A stretch of 24,015 nt of DNA from positions 62,001 to 86,015 of the IMG/VR virus record IMGVR_UViG_2609459938_000002; one strand, given 5' to 3'. The notes beneath the pieces are model-generated. The model was not told where the DNA came from and did no database searches. It saw only the letters and a list, made by a program, of their open reading frames with translations. Source of the DNA: an uncultured virus (IMG/VR IMGVR_UViG_2609459938_000002). Taxonomy: Duplodnaviria > Heunggongvirae > Uroviricota > Caudoviricetes. Shown in pieces: positions 7,893 to 19,500 of the stretch. The first letter of the stretch is position 1. Each line of letters opens with the position of its first letter. The position numbers were made by a program, and so were the translations under genes.

Positions 7893-10800
7893 CGACCTTG
7901 TCATTAACCTGGATGTCGACAGCGCCACATTCACCGAACAGATTGCCAGGATTAAGGGGCAACTGTCCGGTGTGGCGAATGAGTCGGAAAAAGTGCAGAC
8001 GCGCATGCGCAGTGTGGCAGAGGCGCAAATCACCGCGCTTAAAACGACCTGCGATGCCGGTGCCGGCGCCGTGTCCGATATGCAGAGGCGGCAGGCGGAT
8101 GCCGCCGCCGGGCTTCAGAACGAATTGCAGCGGGTCTCCAAATCGGTCGATGAGACTTACCAGCGCGTCACCGGGTTAAACCAGCGTTATCGGGAGAACG
8201 ACGCTCAGGCAGAGGCGCTGGCGCGGCGGCAGGATGCGCTGGCGGAATCGTTCTTTCGGCAGATAGATGGCGTTCGATCCCTCAGTGGTGAAACACGGTC
8301 GCTGGCCAGTGTACAGGAACAATTCCGCAAGGCCCGCGCGCAGGGGAACATCACTCAGGGTGATTATCTCTCCCTGATTTCCCGCACTACGGCACGGCAG
8401 AAAGAACTCCAGCAGGTTGAGGAAAAAGCGAACCAGGCGCGCGAAAAATTTCTTCGCCAGCTTAAGGCCCAGGTGGTCGAACAAAAACTATCTGGTACTG
8501 AGCTGTTGAGAATGAAAGCCGCGCAGGTAGGCGCCAGCGATGCTGCTGAAGTTTATATCCGCAAACTGGAAGCGGCAAAGGTCGCAACGCACAGCCTTGG
8601 TTTCGAGAGCGCCGGTGCACGTCGGGAGCTTGGTGTTCTGGCTGGAGAGTTATTGCGGGGCAACTTCGGCGCTCTGCGTGGCTCCGGGATAACCCTGGCG
8701 AATCAGGCCGGGTGGCTCGAAAAAATGATGACGCTACGCGGACTGGGGATCGCTGGCGTGGTCGGTGGCATAGCAGCATCCGTCGTTCTGCTGGGAAAGG
8801 CGTGGTATGAGGGCGGGAAGGAAGCCGAGGAGTTTAACAAACAGCTCATTCTCACCGGGAACTATGCCGGTAAAACCTCGGGACAACTGCAGGCACTGGC
8901 ACGGAACATCTCAGGAAATGGAGTCACTCAGCACGCCGCGGCAGCCGTATTAGCGCAGGTTGTGGGAAGCGGGGTATTCGGCGGCGCCGACGTCGAACGG
9001 ATTGCCAATGTGGCTGCGAGGCTTCAACAGGCTACCGGCCAGGCTGTGGATGAAACCATTAACCAGTTTAAGCGGCTAAAAGAAGATCCGGTTAATGCGG
9101 TCGCAACGCTGAATGAATCTCTGCATTTTCTGACCGCAAGTCAGTTTGAGCAGATTTCAGCTGCTCAGGCGATGGGCGATTCTCAACGCGCTGCCGAGCT
9201 CGCGATGCGCGCATATTCAGATGCTGTTATCCAGCGCGCAAATGCAGTAAAGGACAACCTGGGAACGCTGGAAACGGCGTGGAACTGGGTTAAAAATGCC
9301 GCCAGCGGCGCCTGGGATGCCATGATGGGCATTGGTCGTAATCCTGATGCGGCCATGAAGCGGCAGGGGGCTTTTGCAGAATGGCAGGCCGCGGAAAAAG
9401 AACGCCGTCAACTGGCCGCCAATCTAAACGTCGATCCCAACTATTCCGGTAATAACCCCCTCATTAAGGCTGATGTAGAACGTTTGCGTATTGCCACTCA
9501 ACGTGCTGAGTTGCTGAAACAAACTTATGATGAGGCCGATAAAGCATACGCTAAGGAAGGTTTAGCCGCGGCACGCGAGAAGCTGCGTAACGAACAACAA
9601 CAGCAAGCCATCAGGAACCAGCAGCAGTTTAATCAACTTCTGGAAGCAGGCCTCAAGCCAGCAGAAAGACGGGCTCGCGCCCAGGCCGAATTTAATAAGC
9701 TCGTTGAGAAAAACAAGCAAGATGCGATCGATGGGATTGCCACCCGCTGGACAGCCAGCGATATAGAAAAAATCCGCGCAAGTATTGATGCCAGGTACAA
9801 AGACCCTAAAACCCCGAAAGGGAGGCAGTACACAACACCCGCCGGGAGTAAAGCAGAGGAAGGGGCCCAGGCCGAATTACTGACCCTGCAGGCTCAGTTG
9901 AAAACCCTCCAGCAGCATACAGACGTCAACGACGTGATCAGTAAGCAACGTCGGGATCTCTGGCAGGCAGAAAATCAGTATGCTGTTTTGCAGGAAGCGG
10001 CCGGCCGCCGCCAGCTCTCCGCCCAGGAAAAATCACTGCTGGCCCACAAAAACGAAACCCTGGAATACAAACGTCAGCTGGCAGATCTCGGTGATAAGGT
10101 CGCCCGGCAGCAGAAGCTGAATAATCTGGCAGATCAGGCCAATAAATTCGCTCAGCAGCAGAGTTCGATCCGGGCGGGGATCAAGGCTCAGGCCGACGGA
10201 CTTTCCGGCAGGGAAGCGAACAGAAGAAGCACGCTTGAAAAGCTGAGTGAAACGTACGCCTTCAATCCTGGTGCGCAGCGCAAGGTGCTGGAGGAACAGC
10301 AAGCCACCTATGAAGCCGAGGACGCATTGCGCGGTAACTGGCTGGCCGGCGCCAAACAGGGCTGGGCAGAGTATCAGGATTCCGCCACTAATGTATTTTC
10401 CTCTGTTCAACAAATATCCCAGGCTACCTTCGGGGGGCTGGCAAATCAGCTGACATTGCTGAATACCACCGGCAAAGCGAGTTTTAAGGAATTCACCACA
10501 TCCATTCTGAAGATGATCGCTCAGGTCATCGATCAGCTTATTGTGGCCTACACCTTTCAGGCTGCAATGGGGTGGATCAGCGGCGGGAGCAGTTCTTCAA
10601 ATTATGGTCAGTCTTTTGCCGTTCCTTCCTATCGTCCCTCTGGCTTTGATGGTGGTGGTTATACCGGGCATGGTGGTAAGTACGAGCCCGCGGGGGTTGT
10701 CCACCGCGGCGAATTCGTTTTCACCAAAGAGGCAACCAGCCGCATCGGCGTGAGCAACCTGTACCGGATGATGCGTGGTTATGCTTCAGGCGGGTATGTT

Positions 10801-11019
10801 GGTGCTGGTGGTGCGCCTGCAGGTGTATTCGCAGGCGGCGTGAATGTCTATGCGCCTGTCAGCGTGACAACACAGCAGACTGGAAACAATCTGCAGCAGG
10901 GTAATTCTGATTCTGTCGGAAAAGCTTATCAGCAGGTTGTAAATCGATCCGTGCAGGATGGGATAGCCAAAGCGCTGCGTCCGGGTGGACTTATCTGGAA
11001 TGCAACTAACCGGAGGTAA
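7876..11019 (+). CDS. gpH: Tail tape measure protein (1047 aa)
   Basis: AGGAGG at 7862-7867. Ala/Gln-rich helical protein with the N-terminus [22 protein letters not shown] and the lambda-H-like C-terminal motif [47 protein letters not shown]. Confidence 0.96.
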   Translation: MAQQISDLVINLDVDSATFTEQIARIKGQLSGVANESEKVQTRMRSVAEAQITALKTTCDAGAGAVSDMQRRQADAAAGLQNELQRVSKSVDETYQRVTGLNQRYRENDAQAEALARRQDALAESFFRQIDGVRSLSGETRSLASVQEQFRKARAQGNITQGDYLSLISRTTARQKELQQVEEKANQAREKFLRQLKAQVVEQKLSGTELLRMKAAQVGASDAAEVYIRKLEAAKVATHSLGFESAGARRELGVLAGELLRGNFGALRGSGITLANQAGWLEKMMTLRGLGIAGVVGGIAASVVLLGKAWYEGGKEAEEFNKQLILTGNYAGKTSGQLQALARNISGNGVTQHAAAAVLAQVVGSGVFGGADVERIANVAARLQQATGQAVDETINQFKRLKEDPVNAVATLNESLHFLTASQFEQISAAQAMGDSQRAAELAMRAYSDAVIQRANAVKDNLGTLETAWNWVKNAASGAWDAMMGIGRNPDAAMKRQGAFAEWQAAEKERRQLAANLNVDPNYSGNNPLIKADVERLRIATQRAELLKQTYDEADKAYAKEGLAAAREKLRNEQQQQAIRNQQQFNQLLEAGLKPAERRARAQAEFNKLVEKNKQDAIDGIATRWTASDIEKIRASIDARYKDPKTPKGRQYTTPAGSKAEEGAQAELLTLQAQLKTLQQHTDVNDVISKQRRDLWQAENQYAVLQEAAGRRQLSAQEKSLLAHKNETLEYKRQLADLGDKVARQQKLNNLADQANKFAQQQSSIRAGIKAQADGLSGREANRRSTLEKLSETYAFNPGAQRKVLEEQQATYEAEDALRGNWLAGAKQGWAEYQDSATNVFSSVQQISQATFGGLANQLTLLNTTGKASFKEFTTSILKMIAQVIDQLIVAYTFQAAMGWISGGSSSSNYGQSFAVPSYRPSGFDGGGYTGHGGKYEPAGVVHRGEFVFTKEATSRIGVSNLYRMMRGYASGGYVGAGGAPAGVFAGGVNVYAPVSVTTQQTGNNLQQGNSDSVGKAYQQVVNRSVQDGIAKALRPGGLIWNATNRR

Positions 11020-11023
11020 TATT

Positions 11024-11371
11024 ATGGCAATTGAAACATTCGCCTGGCGTATTCAGGCAGCCAGTCAACCTACGTTAAAAAGCAAAGATAATATCCGGAG
11101 GGTTCAATTTGGTGATGGCTATGCACAGGTATCCGGGAACGGCATAAATAATGAAACACTGAGTTATGAGTTCTCTTTTTCTGGCGACCCGGATACTGCT
11201 CTGGAAATTTATAAATTTTTGCGTCGTCACAAAACCAAGGCGTTTTCTTTTAAACCGCCAGGTGGTGAATTAGCGTTGTGGCGGGTTCAGGCCGACAGCC
11301 TGCAAAAAGTTATTCAGGGAAAGAAAGTCATCACCATTACTGCAACGTTTGAACAGGCATTCGTACCATGA
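11024..11371 (+). CDS. gpM: Minor tail (distal tail) protein M
   Basis: GGAGG at 11012-11016 and ATG 11024. MAIETFAW...RRVQFGDGYAQ...GIN...FLRRH...AFSFKPP...ATFEQ is gpM-like. Confidence 0.92.
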   Translation: MAIETFAWRIQAASQPTLKSKDNIRRVQFGDGYAQVSGNGINNETLSYEFSFSGDPDTALEIYKFLRRHKTKAFSFKPPGGELALWRVQADSLQKVIQGKKVITITATFEQAFVP

Positions 11372-12123
11372 GTCTTCACGCTGATTATCAGAAACTGGAG
11401 CCGGGAGATGAAATCCGGCTATTCGAAATTGACGGAAGTGCTTTTAATATGGGTGATATTTTATATTTTCACGGATATAACATACCCCATACCGAAGCGG
11501 AAATTGTGGCTGCTGGTGGCGATGAATCGAAGCTACCGGCCAAAAGCATCTGGTGGCAGGGCATCGAATATAAAGCATGGCCTTGTGAATTAGAGGGGAT
11601 TGAATCCTCGACTTCAGGAAGCGACGCGCAGCCGACACTGAGGGTAGGCAACATTGATGGTTCGATTTCCGCGCTCTGTCTTCATTACGACGATCTGGCT
11701 CTGGCGCGGGTTGTCATCCACGATACGCAAAAACAGTATCTCGATGCGAAGAACTTTCCGGACGGGAATGCTTCAGCTGATCCGACACAGGAGAAACGGC
11801 GCCTTTTCTTCATCGACGTAAAGCATTATGAAGACGATGAGAAGGTGGAATTTACTCTCTCCAGCCCGTTTGCCCTGCAGGGGATGATGATCCCCACTCG
11901 CCAGCTGCATGCGATTTGCAGCTGGTGTATTCGCAATCAGTACCGCAGTGGTAACGGGTGCGATTATGCCGGCACCCGGTATTTTGACAGGAACAATCAG
12001 CCAGTTGATGACCCGTCGCAGGATGTCTGCCCCGGCACGCTCACGGCCTGCAAATTACGTCATGGTGAGAATAGTGAACTGCCGTTTGGCGGGTTCCCTG
12101 GCACCTCATTAATCAGGAGCTGA
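11368..12123 (+). CDS. gpL: Minor tail protein L (Fe-S cluster-binding tail tip protein)
   Basis: IWWQGIEYKAWP, YLDAKNFPDGNASADP, C-terminal cysteines (CSWC...GC...VC...AC) and PFGGFPG. Confidence 0.94.
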   Translation: MSLHADYQKLEPGDEIRLFEIDGSAFNMGDILYFHGYNIPHTEAEIVAAGGDESKLPAKSIWWQGIEYKAWPCELEGIESSTSGSDAQPTLRVGNIDGSISALCLHYDDLALARVVIHDTQKQYLDAKNFPDGNASADPTQEKRRLFFIDVKHYEDDEKVEFTLSSPFALQGMMIPTRQLHAICSWCIRNQYRSGNGCDYAGTRYFDRNNQPVDDPSQDVCPGTLTACKLRHGENSELPFGGFPGTSLIRS

Positions 12124-12124
12124 T

Positions 12125-12835
12125 ATGCGTCAGAAAACGATTAAGGCCATCCAGGAACATGCCGACGCAGAATATCCGCGCGAGGCCTGCGGCCTTGTCG
12201 CCCAGAGGGGCCGGGCGGAGCGTTATTTCCCCTGCCGGAACCTGGCCACAGAGTCGAAAGATAATTTTGTGCTGGCGCCGGAGGATTATGCGGAGGTTGA
12301 GGAATGGGGAGCGATCACCGGTATTGTTCACAGCCATCCTGATGCCACCACCCAGCCGAGCGAACTGGATAAAGCACAATGCGACACGACCCTTCTCCCC
12401 TGGCATATTATCAGCTGGCCAGAAGGAGATCTCCGTACCATTCACCCGCGTGGTGAGTTGCCGCTCCTCGAGCGACCATTCGTGCTGGGCCACTACGATT
12501 GCTGGGGCCTGGTGATGAGCTATTTTCGGCAAACCCACGGCATCGAGCTGCACGATTACCGCGTCGACTATCCGTGGTGGGAAAAGGAGTATCCCGATAA
12601 TTTTTATCAGGACTGCTGGTATGAATGCGGGTTCCGTGAGTTTGATGGTCCACCGCAACCGGGTGATATGGTTATCATGCAGGTGCAGGCGGATAAGTGG
12701 AACCACGCCGGGATTTTGCTGGAAGGGAACATGCTACTTCACCATTTGTATGGTCACCTGAGTCAGCGCGTGCCCTATGGCGGGTACTGGCAGGAAAGAA
12801 CAATGAAAATCGTCAGGTATTTTTCACTATGTTAA
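12125..12835 (+). CDS. gpK: Tail assembly protein K (JAB/MPN plus NlpC/P60 domains)
   Basis: JAB motifs EACG...HSHP...PSELD. NlpC/P60 motifs YDCWGLV, NHAGI and LLHH. Confidence 0.94.
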   Translation: MRQKTIKAIQEHADAEYPREACGLVAQRGRAERYFPCRNLATESKDNFVLAPEDYAEVEEWGAITGIVHSHPDATTQPSELDKAQCDTTLLPWHIISWPEGDLRTIHPRGELPLLERPFVLGHYDCWGLVMSYFRQTHGIELHDYRVDYPWWEKEYPDNFYQDCWYECGFREFDGPPQPGDMVIMQVQADKWNHAGILLEGNMLLHHLYGHLSQRVPYGGYWQERTMKIVRYFSLC

Positions 12836-12866
12836 TGAACCTCACGGTAAGTTTGGGAGCGGGATA

Positions 12867-13457
12867 ATGCATGAAGTTATGATGCGAATTGAACTGAACG
12901 GGCCGTTGGGGAAACGGTTTGGGAAAATTCATCACCGACTTATTTCCACCACTAAAGAGGCGGTGGTGGCGCTGGCAAAAACAATTCCTGGATTTGAAAA
13001 GTTCATGATCACCAGCGAAGACCGTGGATTAACCTATGCGATATTTCAGGATGAAAAAAATATAGGGCTGGATGATCTTGGTTTTCCTGTGAAGGGTGAC
13101 GTGATACGGATAACGCCGGTTGTTATCGGGAGTAAAAAGGCGGGGCTTTTACAAACTATTCTCGGTGCAGTCCTTGTTGTTGTGGGGGTCATTTCCACAT
13201 TCACTCCGGCTAATGCGGCCGCACCATATCTTTATAGTACAGGAGCATCAATGATGCTCGGCGGCGTCGTTCAGATGCTTTCCCCACAGCCAGCAGGCCT
13301 GGCACGAAAAGAATCCGCTGACAATAAAGCGTCCTACGCCTTTGGGGGCGTGACGAATACTGCCTCTCAGGGATATCCGGTCCCTTTGCTTTATGGCAAA
13401 CGCCGAATTGGCGGCGCCATTATATCAGCCGGTATTTACACAGAAGATCAGCAATAA
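12867..13457 (+). CDS. gpI: Tail assembly protein I
   Basis: L.GPLGKRFG N-terminus, IRITPVVIGSKKAGLLQTILGAVL, MMLGGVVQMLSPQP, SYAFGGVTNTASQGYPVPLLYG. Confidence 0.93.
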   Translation: MHEVMMRIELNGPLGKRFGKIHHRLISTTKEAVVALAKTIPGFEKFMITSEDRGLTYAIFQDEKNIGLDDLGFPVKGDVIRITPVVIGSKKAGLLQTILGAVLVVVGVISTFTPANAAAPYLYSTGASMMLGGVVQMLSPQPAGLARKESADNKASYAFGGVTNTASQGYPVPLLYGKRRIGGAIISAGIYTEDQQ

Positions 13458-13484
13458 GTTTTATTCAGTAAACCATCCAGTTCA

Positions 13485-13508
13485 GGCCACCTTGCGGTGG
13501 CTTTTTTT
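13485..13508 (+). terminator. Intrinsic terminator-like hairpin between I and J
   Basis: GCCACC-TTGC-GGTGGC (13486-13501) followed by T7 (13502-13508). Confidence 0.7.
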
Positions 13509-13519
13509 ATGGGCGTAAT

Positions 13520-16500
13520 ATGGCAAATAACATCATTAAAGGGCGCAAGGGTGGCGGCTCAAAGCAGCGTACACCGACGGAACAGCCGGATGATTTACAG
13601 TCCGTTGCGAAAGCCAAAATTCTGCTCGCATTAGGTGAGGGTGAATTTGCAGGTGGTTTAACCGGTAAAGATATTTATCTTGATGGCACCCCGCTTGAAA
13701 ATGCTGATGGTTCGCAAAACTTCAGTGGCGTGTCCTGGGAATTTCGCCCCGGCACGCAGGCTCAGACTTATATTCAGGGTATTCCCGGTACTGAAAATGA
13801 AATCAGTGTGGGATTGGAAGTTTCCAGCAAGACAGCCTGGACCCATACCTTTACTAATACCCAGCTTTCTGCCGTTCGTTTTCGTCTGAAATGGCCGTCC
13901 CTGATGAAACAGGAAGATGACGGCGACGTGGTGGGCAATACCGTCAGGTATGCGATTGACCTGCAGACCGACGGCGGCGCCTGGCAGACGGTGCTGGAAA
14001 CCGCTGTCTCGGGTAAAACCACCACCGGTTATGAGCGGAGCCATCGTATTGATCTGCCCCAGGCCTGCAGTACTTGGACGCTACGTCTGCGTAAAATCTC
14101 TCCGGATGCAAACAGTGTCAAAACTGGCGACGTGATGACGCTGCAGAGCTATACCGAAGTGATTGACGCGAAGCTGCGTTATCCCAACACCGCACTGCTT
14201 TATATCGAGTTCGACTCCAGCCAGTTTAATGGCTCCATTCCGCAAATTTCCTGTGAGCCGCGTGGGCGCGTAATCCGGGTGCCGGATAACTACAATCCGG
14301 AAACCCGCGAATATACCGGCGTCTGGACCGGCGGGTTTAAATGGGCCTGGACGGATAACCCGGCCTGGATCTATTACGACATTGTTATCGCTGACCGTTT
14401 TGGTCTCGGTAATCGTCTGAGCAGCGCCAATATTTCGAAATGGACGTTGTACCAGATTGCACAGTACTGCGATCAGCTGGTTCCTGACGGGCGCGGTGGT
14501 GACGGCATGGAGCCGCGCTATACCTGTAACGTCTATGTCCAGGAACGCAACGATGCTTACACCGTGCTGCGAGATTTTGCCGCCATCTTCCGGGGCATGA
14601 CCTGCTGGAACGGTGAGCAGATTGTTGTGCTGGCTGATATGCCGCGTGATGTCGATTTTACTTATACGCGCGCCAATATTGTCGGCAAACCCCGTTATTC
14701 GAGCAGCAGCAGCCAGGTTCGGTACACCAACGCCCTGGTTTCCTGGTCTGATCCGGATAATGCTTATGCTGATGCGATGGAGCCTGCGTTTATCCCTGAA
14801 CTGGTTTCCCGCTACAGTTTTAACCAGCTCGAAATGACCGCGATTGGCTGTACGCGCCAGAGCGAAGCCCACCGTAAGGGACTGTGGGGTATACTGACCA
14901 ACAATAAGGACCGCATGGTCGAAATTGATGTGGGGCTGGACGGTCGCATTCCTCAACCCGGTTATATCATTGCCCTGGCGGATGAGTTGCTGGCCGGACG
15001 GGTCAACGGCGGGCGAATCAGCGCGGTGAATGGCCGGGTGATTACGCTGGATCGTGATGTGGATGCCAAACCTGGCGACCGCCTCCAGCTAAACCTGCCA
15101 TCAGGGATCTCACAGAGCCGGACCATTCAGGCTGTTAATGGACGCCGACAGATTACGGTCACAACGGCGTACAGTGAGACGCCGGAACGGGAATGCGTCT
15201 GGGCCATTGAATCCGATGACCTCTTCCTGCAGCAGTACCGGGTTACAGGGGTAAAAGAGAACAACGATGCCACCCTCACGATCACCGGCGTGGCACATGA
15301 CCCGGATAAATTCGCCCGCATCGATACCGGCGCTATTATCGACCAACGCCCGGTTAGCGTATTGCCGGCGGGCAACCAGTCACCTCCTGACGATATTGTC
15401 ATCACATCCCGCTCGGTCGTGAATCAGGGGATCAGCGTCGAAACGATGCAGGTTAACTGGTCAGCGGTCAGCGGTGCTATTGCCTACGAGGCGCAGTGGC
15501 GCCGTAACGACGGGAACTGGATTAATGTGCCGCGCAGCTCGACCACCTCGTTTGAGGTCAGCGGCATCTATGCCGGTCGTTACCTGGTTCGCGTCCGCGC
15601 GATCAATGCGGCGGAGATTTCGAGCGGGTGGGCGTATTCCGAAGAGAAAACCCTGACCGGCAAGGTCGGCGAGCCGCTGGCACCGCTGGCGCTGGCAACC
15701 CGTTCGCTGGTTCATGGGGTCCAGGTTAGCTGGGAGTTCCCGAGCGGCTCCGGGGATACGCTGCGCACGGAACTGCAGTACAGCAAAAATCAGGACGGCA
15801 GTGCGCCGATGCCGTTATCAGACGTGGCCTATCCGGGGAAAAGCTATCAGCAGATGGGCCTCAGTATGGGCGCAGAATTCTGGTATCGGGCGCGCCTTGT
15901 TGATCGTCTGGGCAATGAAAGCCCGTGGACCGGCTGGGTCCAGGGGATGGCCAGCGATAACTTTGATGACTACTACGAAAACCTGACTGACGCGATCAAG
16001 GATACGGCTGCCTGGGAGGAAACGCAGCGTACCATTAGCGAAACGCAGGAAGGTATCCGCAATACGCAGCAGGAACTGGAGCAGACCGCTGAAGAGCTGC
16101 GTCAGGAAGCCGCAGATCAGGCGAAGCAGGTCAGCCAGAATATTGATGCATCGGCGAAAAGCATCACTGCTGATGTGAATCAGCAGATAGCAGTTTTGAG
16201 CAAGTCGCTTGCCGACGGCGATGCCGCATTGAATGCGCAGATTAAAACTGCCGAGAATGGCCTGAAGCAGTCGTTGTCTCAGGTCAACACCACGTTAACC
16301 AATGCGGTTAAGCAGGAAACTGCGGATCGTATCGCAGATATTAACGCGAAGGCGGCACAGGCTGCTGATGAACTGCTGGCGGCAACGCAGGGGATTGAGG
16401 CGAGTATCGAGAGCCTGACTCAGGTAATGAAGAGTGCCGATGAAAATCTGGCGCGGGAAATGTCCAGCCTCGCTGCCGGCGCCAATATCCAGTTCGATTC

Positions 16501-19500
16501 GCAGGTTATCTGGCATTTCAACAGTCAGACGACCGAGGGCTGGACCGGCAGCGCCGGCGTACCGGGTGTGTCCCGGGATGGCTGGTTACGCCCTGCGGAC
16601 AGCGCCACCGATCCGTACATTACCTCTCCCGGCGGTCTGGCTGTCGATGGTGCAGCGTACCGCTTCATCATGCTGCGCTTTCGTAAAACCGGCAAACCAG
16701 TCTGGGCGGGTGAGATCCGTTGGGTGTCTGCCGGCGAAAACTTTAATAACACGAAGCGATACATTGTTGCTGAGCCGGAATATGCCGATGGGGTGGCAAC
16801 CCTGACGGTGCGTGATATTCCGTGGACAGGGAACATTGATCGTATTCGCCTGGACCTGACGAACCAGCAGGATGCCAGCAACTTTATCGAATTCGACTGG
16901 ATCGCCGTTGGCCGGCCAGCACCCGGCGCCAGTACGGCGGCTCTGCAGGATGTGCGCAGTACGCTGAGTAACGCGCTGACCTCCGAAGCACAGGCACGCA
17001 GCACGCTGGCGGCGCAGATGCGTGGCTCCTATGATGGCAGCGATCTGGAGAAAGTCACCTCCGGGCTGCTATACCAGGAAAAAACGGCGCGCGTTACCGC
17101 CATCCAGGCGGAAGTTAAGGCCAGAGAGTCCCTTCAGATGCAGTTTAACGACAACAAAGCTGCTGTTTCTGGTGAACTGAGTTCTCTGACGACAGAGCAG
17201 CGCGCGCAGGCGAGCCGTATCGGTGGTCTGGAAACCAGCCTCGGGAAAAAAGCCGATGCGACCGCGCTGACGTCCCTGACGCAGAAAGTTGAGCAACAGG
17301 GCGCCACGCTGACATCGCAGGGCGCCGCGTTAACATCACTCACTAACCGGGTGGGCCAGACGGAAACGGGCCTGGCTGGTACGAATGAGGCGCTGAGCGG
17401 GCTGCAGTCTGTTGTTACCCGTCAGGGCGACAGGATAACCAGCCAGGGTCAGTCCATCACAAAACTGACGAGCGATTTGGGCACGACAAATTCCGCGCTG
17501 GTGAAGAAAGCCGAAGCGGCTGCGGTCACTGCCTTAACGCAGCAGGTGGAGCAAAACGGGCGGGATATTCGCAGCAATACTGACAGTATCACCCGCCTGT
17601 CGAATCAGCTGGTCAATGGCCAGCCGAATAGCTGGTCCCGTCGGATCTATCCTGTGCAGCTGGCTAACGCCGTGACAGTCCCGTCATTCAGCGATATTCG
17701 CGCCGTGGCGCCAGTGGTCGTGGATGAGGTGGCCGACGCGACCAGACTGGACTTTACGTCCGCTGGGAGCTATCTGATCGCGCTGTATTCCTGCCAGGTG
17801 AAAGTGGCGGCCGATACCACCATCACAATGACGCCCGGTAACAGGGTTTTTGATGATACCGGTGCTGTATTTGTAAATGGCGTTCAGGTTGCCTGGGGAA
17901 ACGCCAGCTGGACTACCGTCAGTTTTGATCTGAAAGCCGGCTGGAACACAGTTGAGTTTCTGGTGAATCAGTGGGCTGGCCAGGCGTATATCAACCTGGG
18001 ACTGAAGCTGTCAGACAAGGTTGCTGAGATGTACTCCGGTCTCGGTGTTTCCGCGCTGGCAAACGCAGCCGGCGTACTCAACTCGAATGTCAGCCAGATT
18101 GGCAACGATGTGGTCAGCAATTCGCAGAGCATCACCCAGCTCCGGAATGCGCTGACGCAGACAGACGCGAATGTGGCCAGCAAAGCGGATCAGACGGCGA
18201 TGAACTCCCTAACCGGACGAGTGGAGAAGACGGAGTCCGGTCTGACGGCGGCGAACAGCAACATTACGTCGCTCAGCAGCTCTCTGAGCCAGCAATCCAA
18301 ACGCGGCGCTAATCTGCTTCCTGATGGCACTTTTGAAAGTTACGCGGTTGGTCACAATCTGGCGAATAACCGTGCCATCGTGACCACTGACGACTCGCAT
18401 GGCGGCAATAAATGCATTCGTGTGACGCGTCCGAATGACTACAATGCCAATGCAACTGACAACACTGACACCCACATTTTCAGCGGATTCCAGGTTCGCG
18501 ATAACGCAGTCTTCTATATGGAATGCTGGGTTAAGCTGGATTCCAGGAGTACCGCTATGGCCGGGAACGTGCAGATTTCCGTCGGCTTATCGCTCCAGTA
18601 TCAGGACAACTCCTGGCAGTGGCCGGCAGTTACCAAAGCGGCAAAGGATCTCTCTTCAACTCAATGGACGAAGGTTTCTGGTTACCTGAAATCAACGAAG
18701 AGCGGTATTAAGCAGGCAATGGTCAGGATTTCTATTCCTAACGTTAGCAGCGTTAAGGCGGGTAACTCATTCCTCATTGATGACCTGGTCATTACCGAAG
18801 TGACTGATGCCTACAATGCGCAAAGTACAGCAGATGCTAACGCTAATGCGATTTCGACACTGAACTCGACCGTATCCCAACAGGGCGGCCAGATCACCAG
18901 TCAGGGTAACAGCATCACTAAACTGATAAATGACCTGGCGAAGACTAATAATAACGTCAGCAATAAAGCAGACGCTAATGCTCTGACGGCACTGACCAAC
19001 CGTGTTACCCAGACCGAAAAAGACATTAACTCAACGAGTTCTTCTGTCACGAATCTGAACAACAAGGTTGATGCAATTTCTGTCGGCGGTACAAACCTGA
19101 TCAAGAACTCCGGCGATATGACCGGCTGGTCGAACGTTGTCAGCGATACGTATCGTGGTAACGCGGTAATTAGCACAACTGTAAAAGCCGGCTCCGGTTA
19201 CAGGGATTTGCGGGAAATCACGCTTGAGTCGCCGCTCGATGCAGGGGAGTACGTTTACAGCTTCTATGCGAAAGGCGGCGTTGCTGGCCAGACGATGACG
19301 GCGTTCTTCTACAATCCGAACACCACAACGTCTATCGAGACCAGCCAGGGTGCGAAAGGTAACAACACTGATGGTCGTGCGCAGTTCACGCTGACCACTT
19401 CATGGGCCCGCTATTGGGTTAAGTGGAAACAGACACCTACCACGGGCACCAAGCGCCTGATTCTGTGCCGTATCGAGAGCAATACCTCCAAAGACCAGAC

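Noticed and set aside
11231..11246. AAAACCAAGG resembling the core of hix/gix/cix invertase sites
   Set aside because: It is a single copy inside gpM coding sequence with no symmetric right arm. I saw no inverted partner site and no invertase.
14081..14956. 291-aa minus-strand ORF inside J (and similar ones at 1789-2415, 5108-5803, 20855-21397)
   Set aside because: They lie antisense to well-conserved structural genes and show no recognisable motifs. They are typical shadow ORFs of GC-rich coding DNA.
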